Of a stretch of DNA of 64,000 nt, positions 1 to 8,780 are shown in pieces. The notes beneath the pieces were generated by a model. The model saw nothing but the letters and a program-made list of their open reading frames with translations, was not told where the DNA came from and did not search any database. This DNA is from Lachnospiraceae bacterium (lineage in GTDB: Bacteria > Bacillota > Clostridia > Lachnospirales > Lachnospiraceae), in the NCBI GenBank assembly GCA_045628025.1, contig JAZQOU010000006.1, positions 44,968 to 108,967 of the forward strand, read 5' to 3'. Made by a program: the position numbers and the translations under genes. The number at the start of each line of letters is the position of its first letter. The stretch's first letter is position 1.

Positions 1-28
1 TTTCACTTTAAGGACTTAATGTAAAAAA

Positions 29-1252
29 TTGGGAAATAACAGTACTTCAAAAGGACAACTGAAAACAAAATTACGTAAGAATCAATGGGTGTTTTTGATT
101 GCACTTGTATTTTTTGCTGCGTTCTCAGCGCTTATGGCGGCTGATTACAAGATGAATGCTCAAAATACAACAGCGTTTGCTTTTAGCTATAAATATGGTT
201 TTGTATCCAGAGCATTAGTTCCTAGCTTTTTAGGATGGCTTGATGGTTTGGTACCAATGCAGCTATTAAGCTACACATGGATATATCGTCTGTCATTAGT
301 AGCAACTTTGTTCTTATACATACTGATATTTGCTTTCTTTGTGGTCTGTCTTAAGGCATGTGATGATAGAAAATTATCAGCCTTAATAATGTTCTTTGGT
401 GTATTTACATTTCCGATGTTTGTCACAGAATATAACTTTGGCAGATTAGATACATATTTATATATAATTTCATTTATATGTATTCTTTTACTGTTTATAG
501 GTAAAGTAGAATGGTTGATAGTTCCACTGTGTATAGTAGCTATGCTTGTGCATCATGGATTTGTATTTACGAACGCAAATATCATACTCGCGTTGCTTTT
601 ATACAAAGCTATTATATCTACTGATAAAAGAAAGTATTATACAAGTGTTTTGATTTGTACTTTTGTTGTAATATCGGCGTTATTTTTATATTTTGAATTT
701 GCGGCTAGTTATCCTAATCCAGAACAAGACGTAGTTCAAATTAAAGAGCTGGCAATGAGCCTTTCGTTAGATGGAATGTCAATAAATGACTCTATTATTG
801 ATCATGAAGTGTTAGGGCTTGATGTGTTTAATCAGGAAAAATGGATGCATGAGATAAACTATCTTGAAACTCCTATTTTCTTAATATTGTTTTCGCCTTA
901 TATTGCTTTATTTGTATTATTTGTAAAGCAATTAAAAAGATGTTCAAATAACAGATTATATATGCTGTTATTATTAGGATCATTAACGATGCTTCCTGAA
1001 ATAGTGCTTAAGGTGGATTTCGGACGGTATGTATATGGAATAATCTTTTATTATTTAATCCTGCTGATTTTCTTATATGCATATAAAGATGAAACTGCAA
1101 AGAAAGCATGTTCAGATACGTTAGTGATAACAGAAAAGATAGTTCCATGGTGGCTTGTAATTGCTTATGCAGTTATATTTGTGCCATTTTATGATGTTCA
1201 TATTGATGAAATCGTAAAGCGAATAGCAGATGTGATAAGGCCTTTTATATAA
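29..1252 (+). CDS. Polytopic membrane protein of unknown function, possibly GT-C-like
   Basis: 407 aa with about 10 hydrophobic segments and polar loop motifs (FSYKYGFVSRAL, NFGRLD, LVHHGF, DFGRY); TTG start uncertain. Confidence 0.55.
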   Translation: MGNNSTSKGQLKTKLRKNQWVFLIALVFFAAFSALMAADYKMNAQNTTAFAFSYKYGFVSRALVPSFLGWLDGLVPMQLLSYTWIYRLSLVATLFLYILIFAFFVVCLKACDDRKLSALIMFFGVFTFPMFVTEYNFGRLDTYLYIISFICILLLFIGKVEWLIVPLCIVAMLVHHGFVFTNANIILALLLYKAIISTDKRKYYTSVLICTFVVISALFLYFEFAASYPNPEQDVVQIKELAMSLSLDGMSINDSIIDHEVLGLDVFNQEKWMHEINYLETPIFLILFSPYIALFVLFVKQLKRCSNNRLYMLLLLGSLTMLPEIVLKVDFGRYVYGIIFYYLILLIFLYAYKDETAKKACSDTLVITEKIVPWWLVIAYAVIFVPFYDVHIDEIVKRIADVIRPFI

Positions 1253-1253
1253 A

Positions 1254-2627
1254 ATGGAAAATCAGATTTTAAGTAGAAAAAAATTTTTAGGTATGGCTGC
1301 TACAATAGCTATGCCTATTATGGTGCAAAATTTAATAAGTACACTTGTAAATACAGCTGATACGTTAATGCTTGGCTATGTAGGGCAAAATGCTATGGCG
1401 GCCTCGTCTTTAGCCAATAATGTTAATACAGTGCTCTGGATTGCTGTTAGTGGTCTTTGTGCTGGATCTGCGGTTTTAGGCTCCCAATATTGGGGAAAAG
1501 GAGACAGAGAAACAATAGAGAGGGTTCTAGGAATGTCCATACGATTTTGTTGTGGATTAGGACTTTTATTTTTTGCTATGGCTTTTTGTTTTCCAGAGCA
1601 TTTAATGACAATATTTACAAATGATGAAGCTATAATAAGCGAAGGAATTGTATATTTGAGAGTTGTTTCCTTTTCATACTTATTTATGTCTTTTTCATTG
1701 GGATATTTTGCAATATTAAGAAGTATAGAGAAGGTTATACTGCCAAGTGTTGTTTTTGTTGTATCTCTATGCATAAATGTGTTCTTGAATGCAACATTTA
1801 TTTTTGGAATATTTGGGCTGCCTAAGCTTGGCCTTGTCGGTGTGGCGGTTGGAACTGTTTGTGCTAGAGCTTTCGAGTGCATAGCATGCATAGTTCATTC
1901 ATTAGTAAGTAAAGATATAAGATTTAGGATAAAATATTTATTCGCCAGAACAGGAGCATTATTATCAGACTTTATGACTATTGCTCTACCAGCATTTTTT
2001 AATGATGTGGCTTGGAGCTTGGCTTTTTCAGTGTTTTCCGTTATCCTTGGTCATATGGGGTCCGATGTAGTAGCGGCAAATGCAGTTGCATCAATGGCAC
2101 TCAATCTGGGAGCTATTGTTAGTAGAGGATTTGCAAATGCGACAACTGTAATAGTTGGAAAAGCTATTGGAGAAGGTGATACAGCAAAGGCAAAGATATA
2201 TGGCCGTAGAATGGTTTGGATTACCCTGGCTTTTTCAGCATTGGGAGGATTTGTTATTTTACTGATTAGACCAGTACTTATGACAATCTATTCTGATAAG
2301 CTTACAGAAATGGCAATATATTATTTGTCAGCTATGATGATTATGCAATCATATCATTTGATTGGGGAAGGTCTTAATACATGCTGGATTTGTGGATGCT
2401 TTAGAGGCGGCGGAGATACAAAGTTTGGAATGATTGTTGATACGCTTTGTATGTGGCTAATTGCTGTGCCATTAATGGCTTTGGCGGCATATGTTTTTAA
2501 ATTACCAGTTCTAGCTGTATATTTTGTTATGTGCCTAGATGAATTTGAAAAGCTTCCATTCGTGCTAAGACATTATTTAAAGTTCGAATGGCTTAATAAT
2601 ATTACTCGAGAAAAGGGGGAAATATGA
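1254..2627 (+). CDS. MATE family efflux transporter
   Basis: 457 aa, about 12 TM; IAMPIMVQNLISTLVNTADTLMLG, SQYWGKGD, GCFRGGGDTK; starts 1 nt after the upstream stop. Confidence 0.92.
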   Translation: MENQILSRKKFLGMAATIAMPIMVQNLISTLVNTADTLMLGYVGQNAMAASSLANNVNTVLWIAVSGLCAGSAVLGSQYWGKGDRETIERVLGMSIRFCCGLGLLFFAMAFCFPEHLMTIFTNDEAIISEGIVYLRVVSFSYLFMSFSLGYFAILRSIEKVILPSVVFVVSLCINVFLNATFIFGIFGLPKLGLVGVAVGTVCARAFECIACIVHSLVSKDIRFRIKYLFARTGALLSDFMTIALPAFFNDVAWSLAFSVFSVILGHMGSDVVAANAVASMALNLGAIVSRGFANATTVIVGKAIGEGDTAKAKIYGRRMVWITLAFSALGGFVILLIRPVLMTIYSDKLTEMAIYYLSAMMIMQSYHLIGEGLNTCWICGCFRGGGDTKFGMIVDTLCMWLIAVPLMALAAYVFKLPVLAVYFVMCLDEFEKLPFVLRHYLKFEWLNNITREKGEI

Positions 2628-4027
2628 GTATGAATTATGAGGAGAAGGTAAAACTTTCAAGTAGGATGTGGCTTGGAGGAGCCGATTGTATGATCACCAC
2701 TTTAAGCAATATTATGACAGGTGGTGGTTTGACATTTTTCTTTGTCAATTATTTTGGCTTAGATGCAAAACTTTCTGCAGCATGCTGGCTTATTTTTGGA
2801 TTATGGAATGCAGTTAATGATCCATTGTTTGGATTTATTTCTGATCATACAAAAACTAAGGTTGGTCGTAGAATACCATATATAAGATATGGTGCACCAA
2901 TAATTGCAGCTGTATTTGTTTTAACATGGGTAACATTTTTTGATAGTGGTTCTCAGATTCAGATGTTTATTCAAATGCTGGTGTCATTATTTTTATTTGA
3001 TACACTTTATACAGCAATTGCAACATCATTGTATGTTATGCCATATGAGATGGCTGTGACAAACAAGGCTAGGGGATCAATATTTTTTGTAAAAATTATT
3101 TTCCAGCTTGTAGCATTATCTGTTCCACTTGTGCTTTTAGCAGAACTTGAAAAAATTTTAAATCAGTCTTTACAGCAATATCAGATGATAATGACAATTA
3201 TTGGTGTTGCAGCAGGAGTTATAGTTTTTTTCTCGACATTCTTCTACAAGGAAAAAGACTATATAAAAGAGGAAGAACAGCTTCCTTTTGTAAAGTCGCT
3301 GGTAGAATGCTTTAAAAACAAAAGTTTTATAGTGTTTGAAGTGGTTTCTTTTTCAGTAACATTTGTAAATACAGCATTAATGATAGGTCTTTCATATTAT
3401 TTTGAAGCAGAAGGCATAAATTTTGTATTTTGCTATGCTGCTATGTTTGCAGGAATAATTCTTGGTTTATTACTTTGGATGAAGGGAATTCCAAAGTGGG
3501 GCGTAAAAAAATGTATGGTATTGATGTGCTTTATGTTTGGCGCAGGCGTCCTTATTATGATGATGTTTGGTCAGTTTATGATAGCAGGTATAATAGGTTT
3601 CTTATCAGCAGGTATTGGCTTTGCTGGAGGCTCTTATGTAGTGCCAATGCTAAATGGAGATGTTATTGATTATGATGAGCACGTTTCAGGATTACGTAGA
3701 GAAGGAATGTATGCGGGAGTTAATTCGTTCATTTGTAAGCCTGCTATTTCATTTGCAAATGCGCTGTTCCCTGTAATGATATTATGGTTTGGCTATGACT
3801 CTACTATTAGCATTGCTGCTCAAACAGACATGGCAAAATTCGGAATCAGATTTAGTTGGTTATTTGTGTCAGGTATATTATTAATTATAAGCGGACTTAT
3901 TATTGCAAAATTTTATCCTTTGTTTGGAGATAAGTGGGATAAAATTAAAAATGATTTATCTGAAGAGCACGCGAGAAAACAGGCTGAATATGAGAAAGCA
4001 TATTTCGAGTCTATAAAGGAGAAATAG
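2624..4027 (+). CDS. MFS transporter, glycoside-pentoside-hexuronide (MelB-like) family
   Basis: WNAVNDPLFGFISD..GRRIPY and GDVIDYDE..GLRREGMY signatures; ATGA overlap with the MATE stop. Confidence 0.88.
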   Translation: MSMNYEEKVKLSSRMWLGGADCMITTLSNIMTGGGLTFFFVNYFGLDAKLSAACWLIFGLWNAVNDPLFGFISDHTKTKVGRRIPYIRYGAPIIAAVFVLTWVTFFDSGSQIQMFIQMLVSLFLFDTLYTAIATSLYVMPYEMAVTNKARGSIFFVKIIFQLVALSVPLVLLAELEKILNQSLQQYQMIMTIIGVAAGVIVFFSTFFYKEKDYIKEEEQLPFVKSLVECFKNKSFIVFEVVSFSVTFVNTALMIGLSYYFEAEGINFVFCYAAMFAGIILGLLLWMKGIPKWGVKKCMVLMCFMFGAGVLIMMMFGQFMIAGIIGFLSAGIGFAGGSYVVPMLNGDVIDYDEHVSGLRREGMYAGVNSFICKPAISFANALFPVMILWFGYDSTISIAAQTDMAKFGIRFSWLFVSGILLIISGLIIAKFYPLFGDKWDKIKNDLSEEHARKQAEYEKAYFESIKEK

Positions 4028-4029
4028 TA

Positions 4030-4386
4030 ATGAGTGGTGAGTTACACACACATATTGATGAAAATGGAAATGTTATAACACATTGTCATGATATTCATGA
4101 TTCAAATAATTCGCATGGTCATTTTCATTCGCCGGAAGAAAAGAAAAAGCAATTGAATAGAATTTCAAAAGCTATAGGACATCTTCAACATGTAAAGACT
4201 ATGATAGAAAATGACGAGGATTGTGCCGAGGTATTGATGCAGCTGTCAGCTGTTAATTCGGCAACCAGAAATCTTGGCAAGGAAATAATAAATGAGCATA
4301 TGACGCATTGTATTATGCATGCAATAGAGAACGGAGATACAGAAGCTGTTGAAGAATTTCAAAAAGCTGTAAAGAAGTTTATGTAA
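4030..4386 (+). CDS. CsoR/RcnR family metal-sensing repressor with His-rich N-terminus
   Basis: LNRISKAIGHL..MIENDEDCAEVLMQLSAV..EHMTHC (C-H-C ligands); N-terminal LHTHID..THCHDIHDSNNSHGHFH. Confidence 0.9.
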   Translation: MSGELHTHIDENGNVITHCHDIHDSNNSHGHFHSPEEKKKQLNRISKAIGHLQHVKTMIENDEDCAEVLMQLSAVNSATRNLGKEIINEHMTHCIMHAIENGDTEAVEEFQKAVKKFM

Positions 4387-4418
4387 CATATTAGATTAAA
4401 TAAAAATAAAGAAATGAT

Positions 4419-4458
4419 AAAAGTGGATTGTATATATTTGAATACAATCCACTTTTTT
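4419..4458 (+). terminator. Rho-independent terminator
   Basis: AAAAGTGGATTGTAT-N8-ATACAATCCACTTTT followed by further Ts. Confidence 0.85.
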
Positions 4459-4588
4459 AACCCCCTCCCCAGGTTGCGAAAGAATACTTTACTATGCTAA
4501 ATTTTTAAACTGTCGAGAGAAACGATGCAAAGAGGCATCTGACAATCTGACAAAATCTAATATAATATGCGAGATGGAGGATAAATAA

Positions 4589-5632
4589 ATGCATATTCCA
4601 GAGAACTACCTGGCTCCTGCTACATGCGGAGTTTTGGGCGCAGCAATGATTCCTGTTTGGGGACATTCAATTAAAACCATTCAAAGAGAAATGCCAAAGG
4701 AGAAGATGCCACTTTTAGGAGTTGGCGCAGCTTTTTCTTTTCTTGCGATGATGTTTAATGTACCACTTGTAGGAGGAACAACAGGTCATGCTGTAGGCGG
4801 AACGCTTATTGCTTTACTATTTGGTCCAGAGGCATCATGTATAGCTGTTTCTATTGCGCTGCTGATACAGGCAGTTTTATTTGGAGATGGTGGCATACTG
4901 GCATTTGGAGCAAACTGTTTTAATATGGCATTTGTACTTCCTTTTGTTGGTTTTTATTTGTACAAGCTTATTTCAAAGCTCTTAAGCAAGGGTGGCGAAT
5001 TAAAGACATCTCAGTCTTTGGTGGCTGCTGGTATAAGCTCATATATAGCACTTAATGTTGCAGCTCTTTGCGCAGCAATAGAATTTGGTATACAGCCATT
5101 ATTGTTTACAGATGAAATAGGAAATGCCTTGTATTGTCCTTATGATTTATCAGTAGCAATTCCTGCAATGATGATTCCGCATTTGGCAGTGGCGGGATTT
5201 GTTGAGGCTGCATTTACAGTGGCAGTATTTGCTTTTGTAAAGAAAACATCACCAGATATGATATTTGAGAACTGGGATAATGAAAAAACAACAGGTGTTG
5301 AAAAAAAGAATAGTTTTGTTCCAGTATATGCACTTGTAGCAATATTAATTGCAGCTACACCTCTTGGTCTTCTTGCAACAGGTACAGCCTGGGGAGAATG
5401 GGGAGCTGACGAGATAGCCGAAATTGAGACAAACGGACAGGCTTTGGGCTACACTCCACAAGGTATGCTTGATGGATGGTCGCTAGAATCAATAATGCCG
5501 GATTATACTCTTGGCGGAGTAAATGAGGTTGCTGCTTATATTATTTCTGCTATACTAGGAGTGGCACTTCTTGTGATATTCTTTAAGCTGGTATCCATTC
5601 CAATGAAGGAAACAGCTAAAACAAGCAAATAG
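4589..5632 (+). CDS. cbiM: ECF transporter S component of NikM/CbiM type fused to a NikN/PDGLE-like domain
   Basis: N-terminal MHIPENYL metal-binding motif, GGTTGHAVGG, FGDGGILAFGANCFNM; C-terminal AWGEW..MPDYTL; SD GGAGG. Confidence 0.9.
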   Translation: MHIPENYLAPATCGVLGAAMIPVWGHSIKTIQREMPKEKMPLLGVGAAFSFLAMMFNVPLVGGTTGHAVGGTLIALLFGPEASCIAVSIALLIQAVLFGDGGILAFGANCFNMAFVLPFVGFYLYKLISKLLSKGGELKTSQSLVAAGISSYIALNVAALCAAIEFGIQPLLFTDEIGNALYCPYDLSVAIPAMMIPHLAVAGFVEAAFTVAVFAFVKKTSPDMIFENWDNEKTTGVEKKNSFVPVYALVAILIAATPLGLLATGTAWGEWGADEIAEIETNGQALGYTPQGMLDGWSLESIMPDYTLGGVNEVAAYIISAILGVALLVIFFKLVSIPMKETAKTSK

Positions 5633-5649
5633 TTAAATGAGGTATAGTT

Positions 5650-6363
5650 TTGTTACCAGAATGGTTAAAAACTGAAGATAATTATGTGCCACCGAAATCC
5701 GGTGGCATTTTTATTACAAAAACAATGACTTCTATTGGAAGGTCGATGTCACATATTAAAGCACAGCATGGTCATGAAAAGAAACGAGCATTACCAGCCA
5801 TAATAAAGCTTTTATTATTATTTGCTTTTATTTTAACAGCATCAATTACAAGAAACAGAATGCTTATAATGGCTTTGTATTCAGTATTACATTTGTATTT
5901 ATGTACCTGGCCTGCAAAAGATATATGGTCTGTTATTAAAGGCTCCATGTGGTCTGCTATTTTGGCTTTTATTATTGTTTTACCAGCAATGATCATTAAT
6001 CCATCAGGTATAAGCAATAATATTATGCTGATATCAAAAGTATTTGTAAGCGTTGAAGCTCTTAATATATTTAATCATACGACTACCTGGAATCACATAA
6101 CAGCATCAATGAAAAAAATGCATATTCCAGGAATGTTTATTTTTACTTTAGATATTACGCTGAAGTATATAGTTCTCCTGGGACAATTGATATTTGATAT
6201 TTTAACCTCCCTTAAACTAAGGTCTGTAGGAAAAAACAGTAAAGAATATCAGTCTATAGGGGGCGTTATGGGGACAACATTTCTGAAATCTGTAGAGATG
6301 AGTAGTCAAATGTATGATGCAATGCGTTGCAGAGGATTTACAGATGATTATGAGGGTTTGTAG
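5650..6363 (+). CDS. cbiQ: ECF transporter T component (NikQ/CbiQ)
   Basis: Hydrophobic protein with conserved LKLRS and AMRCRGF motifs; lies between the S component and the ATPase. Confidence 0.88.
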   Translation: MLPEWLKTEDNYVPPKSGGIFITKTMTSIGRSMSHIKAQHGHEKKRALPAIIKLLLLFAFILTASITRNRMLIMALYSVLHLYLCTWPAKDIWSVIKGSMWSAILAFIIVLPAMIINPSGISNNIMLISKVFVSVEALNIFNHTTTWNHITASMKKMHIPGMFIFTLDITLKYIVLLGQLIFDILTSLKLRSVGKNSKEYQSIGGVMGTTFLKSVEMSSQMYDAMRCRGFTDDYEGL

Positions 6364-6364
6364 T

Positions 6365-6432
6365 TTTGTATTGAATATAAAGTAAGAGGATTTATAGATT
6401 TGCATTGAATATAATGCGTGAGGATTTTTAGA
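6365..6432. repeat. Imperfect 34-bp tandem duplication spanning the RBS region
   Basis: TTTGTATTGAATATAAAGTAAGAGGATTTATAGA and TTTGCATTGAATATAATGCGTGAGGATTTTTAGA, 28/34 identical by manual count. Confidence 0.8.
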
Positions 6433-7091
6433 TGTCTAGTTATATAGAGTTGAAAAATATAGATTTCTGTTATGAAGGAGAAGAAAAAAAGGTTTTTTCT
6501 GATTTTTCTCTTAGCGTAAATAAAGGAGAATGTCTTGCTATAAAAGGTGCAAATGGAAGTGGTAAAAGTACATTATTTAAGATACTCAATGGCCTTGAAT
6601 TTGTAAGTGAGGGATCTTATATTTTTGATGAAATGCAGATTGATCGGAATTACATGAGCAATAATGTCAACTCAAAACTTTTTCATAAAAGGGTAGGATA
6701 TTTGTTTCAAAATCCAGATATTATGTTGTTTAATGGTCAGGTATATGACGAGGTGGCATTTGGACCAAGACAAATGGGGTTATCTGATGCTGAAGTTGAT
6801 TTAAGAACCAGAGATATGCTGAAGCTGTTTGATATAGAGGCTTTAGAAAAGAAAGCTCCATATCATCTATCTGGTGGTCAGAAAAAAAGAGTGGCACTTG
6901 CAGCTGTTATGGCATTAAATCCAGAAGTTATAGTTTTGGATGAGCCATTAGCAGGTCTTGATTCCATAGGAGAAGCAAAGCTTATAGACTTATTATTTGA
7001 ACTAAAGAAAGCTGGTAAAACCATAATCGTAGCAACTCATAGTGAGGCATTTTCGGATAAAATATCTGATAGAGAACTCATTTTAATGTAA
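6432..7091 (+). CDS. cbiO: ECF transporter ATPase (NikO/CbiO)
   Basis: Walker A GANGSGKS, FQNPD Q-loop, LSGGQKKRVALA, LDEP. Confidence 0.9.
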   Translation: MSSYIELKNIDFCYEGEEKKVFSDFSLSVNKGECLAIKGANGSGKSTLFKILNGLEFVSEGSYIFDEMQIDRNYMSNNVNSKLFHKRVGYLFQNPDIMLFNGQVYDEVAFGPRQMGLSDAEVDLRTRDMLKLFDIEALEKKAPYHLSGGQKKRVALAAVMALNPEVIVLDEPLAGLDSIGEAKLIDLLFELKKAGKTIIVATHSEAFSDKISDRELILM

Positions 7092-7220
7092 AAAGACTGT
7101 AAAATAATAGTTTAGATAAGATAAATTTACATAAAAAGCTTAAAAGCTTAAAATATTAGGAAATATTGACAAATAATAGTGGGATTTATAAAAGGATAAT
7201 GCTATAATCTCTGTAACTAT

Positions 7221-8714
7221 ATGAAAGAAAATGGGGGCAAAGCAGATATGAATTTGGAAAAGAAGCATATGATTGAAAATAATAAAATCTGTATGATTTT
7301 ATCACTTATTATTCAAGGGTTTATGCTGGCATCAACTATTCTGTACAAGGATGGAAGAAGCTTTTCAACAATAATTATGTTGGTTGTAATTGCTCTATGT
7401 GCAATAGTTCAGGTGGTAGGTTTTATCAAACTGGGAGATAAAGAGGCAGGACATTATCCATTACTTCTTAGTTTGGCAGTTAGTTACATGATACTTTTAA
7501 TAGGATCTGTGCATACACCATATTTATATTCGCTTGGATTATTAATAGGAATTGCAGTTGTTATCTACAATGATTCGAAGATTTGTCTTTTGGCATCAAT
7601 TACAGCTGTAGTAGAGAATGCTATTTTTGTAGTTATATACTATGCTTCAGGTGCGGCAGCAAAGTCAGAGAGCACATTTATGGTTCCTACTAATATGGCT
7701 CTTGTTGTTTTATTTGCGATTATGTGTTTTTCGGTAGTAAAGATTAATGAAAGACAGATTAATGAGCAGATGGAACAGATTGAAAAGAGTGCCGCTGAGC
7801 AGCAAAAGAGTGCTTCAATAATAAAAGAAACATCTGAGCAAATTTCTTTAAAGCTTGTTGATGCACATGAAGCTATGAAGAGTCTTTCAGATAAGGTACA
7901 TTCATCAGCAGATGCTGTGAATGAAATATCTCAGTCTGTTACGCTTACTGCAGAGTCAATTCAGACTCAGACAGAGATGAACATGAATATTACAACTAGC
8001 TTGGATGGTATTTCACACCAGTCAAGACAGATGCTTAAGGAATTCCAGGATACAGAGAAGAATGTTTCGGAAGGACATGATCTTGTTGATGAGCTTCAGA
8101 AACAGGCAGAAGCGGTTGCGGTTGTTAATGGAGAAACAGCTGAGATGACATCAGCATTGCAGACTACAGCTGAGGGTGTTAAGGAGATAGTTAATACTAT
8201 TCTTGGCATATCTTCTCAGACAAATTTATTGGCACTTAACGCTTCTATAGAGGCAGCTAGAGCTGGTGAGGCGGGCAAGGGCTTTGCAGTAGTAGCTGAT
8301 GAAATAAGAGCGTTGTCAGAAAATGTTAAGGTTGCAGCTGAACAGATAGCAACAACAATTGATGAACTGATAGGTGATGTAACTCAGGCATCTTCTAATA
8401 TGCAAAAATCAGTCACAGCATCTGAAGAACAGGATGAGATTATAAAACAAACAGGTGCAAAATTTGCGCTTATTCTTGAATCAGTTGATAATTTGTCGGA
8501 AAGAATTAGTAAAATTACAAAGGATGTAGATGCTTGTGTTGAGGCAAACGCAACAGTAATGGATGCTATTTCAAATTTATCTGCGACATCAGAAGAGGTT
8601 GCAGCATCATCAGAATCATCGCTTACACTTTCACATGAATGTAATGATGATATGAATGTTACAGCAAATATTCTTGATGATATACTTGCATTGTCAAACC
8701 GTGATGCAAATTAA
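7221..8714 (+). CDS. Methyl-accepting chemotaxis protein with multi-TM N-terminal sensor
   Basis: Signalling tip [31 protein letters not shown]; real start may be ATG 7248; TGCTATAAT extended -10 at 7200-7208. Confidence 0.93.
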   Translation: MKENGGKADMNLEKKHMIENNKICMILSLIIQGFMLASTILYKDGRSFSTIIMLVVIALCAIVQVVGFIKLGDKEAGHYPLLLSLAVSYMILLIGSVHTPYLYSLGLLIGIAVVIYNDSKICLLASITAVVENAIFVVIYYASGAAAKSESTFMVPTNMALVVLFAIMCFSVVKINERQINEQMEQIEKSAAEQQKSASIIKETSEQISLKLVDAHEAMKSLSDKVHSSADAVNEISQSVTLTAESIQTQTEMNMNITTSLDGISHQSRQMLKEFQDTEKNVSEGHDLVDELQKQAEAVAVVNGETAEMTSALQTTAEGVKEIVNTILGISSQTNLLALNASIEAARAGEAGKGFAVVADEIRALSENVKVAAEQIATTIDELIGDVTQASSNMQKSVTASEEQDEIIKQTGAKFALILESVDNLSERISKITKDVDACVEANATVMDAISNLSATSEEVAASSESSLTLSHECNDDMNVTANILDDILALSNRDAN

Positions 8715-8732
8715 TTATTTTTTATAATATGT

Positions 8733-8763
8733 AAAATAGCAGGTGATAAGCCTGCTATTTTTT
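8733..8763 (+). terminator. Rho-independent terminator
   Basis: AAAATAGCAGG-TGATAAG-CCTGCTATTTTTT. Confidence 0.85.
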
Positions 8764-8780
8764 GTAGAAGAGGTGGATTA

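Noticed and set aside
4500-4588. NiCo or cobalamin riboswitch before the ECF transporter
   Set aside because: No recognisable conserved core of either aptamer, and the region is short
7134-7153. AAAAGCTT tandem repeat upstream of the first chemoreceptor
   Set aside because: Short, low-complexity and AT-rich; no supporting evidence
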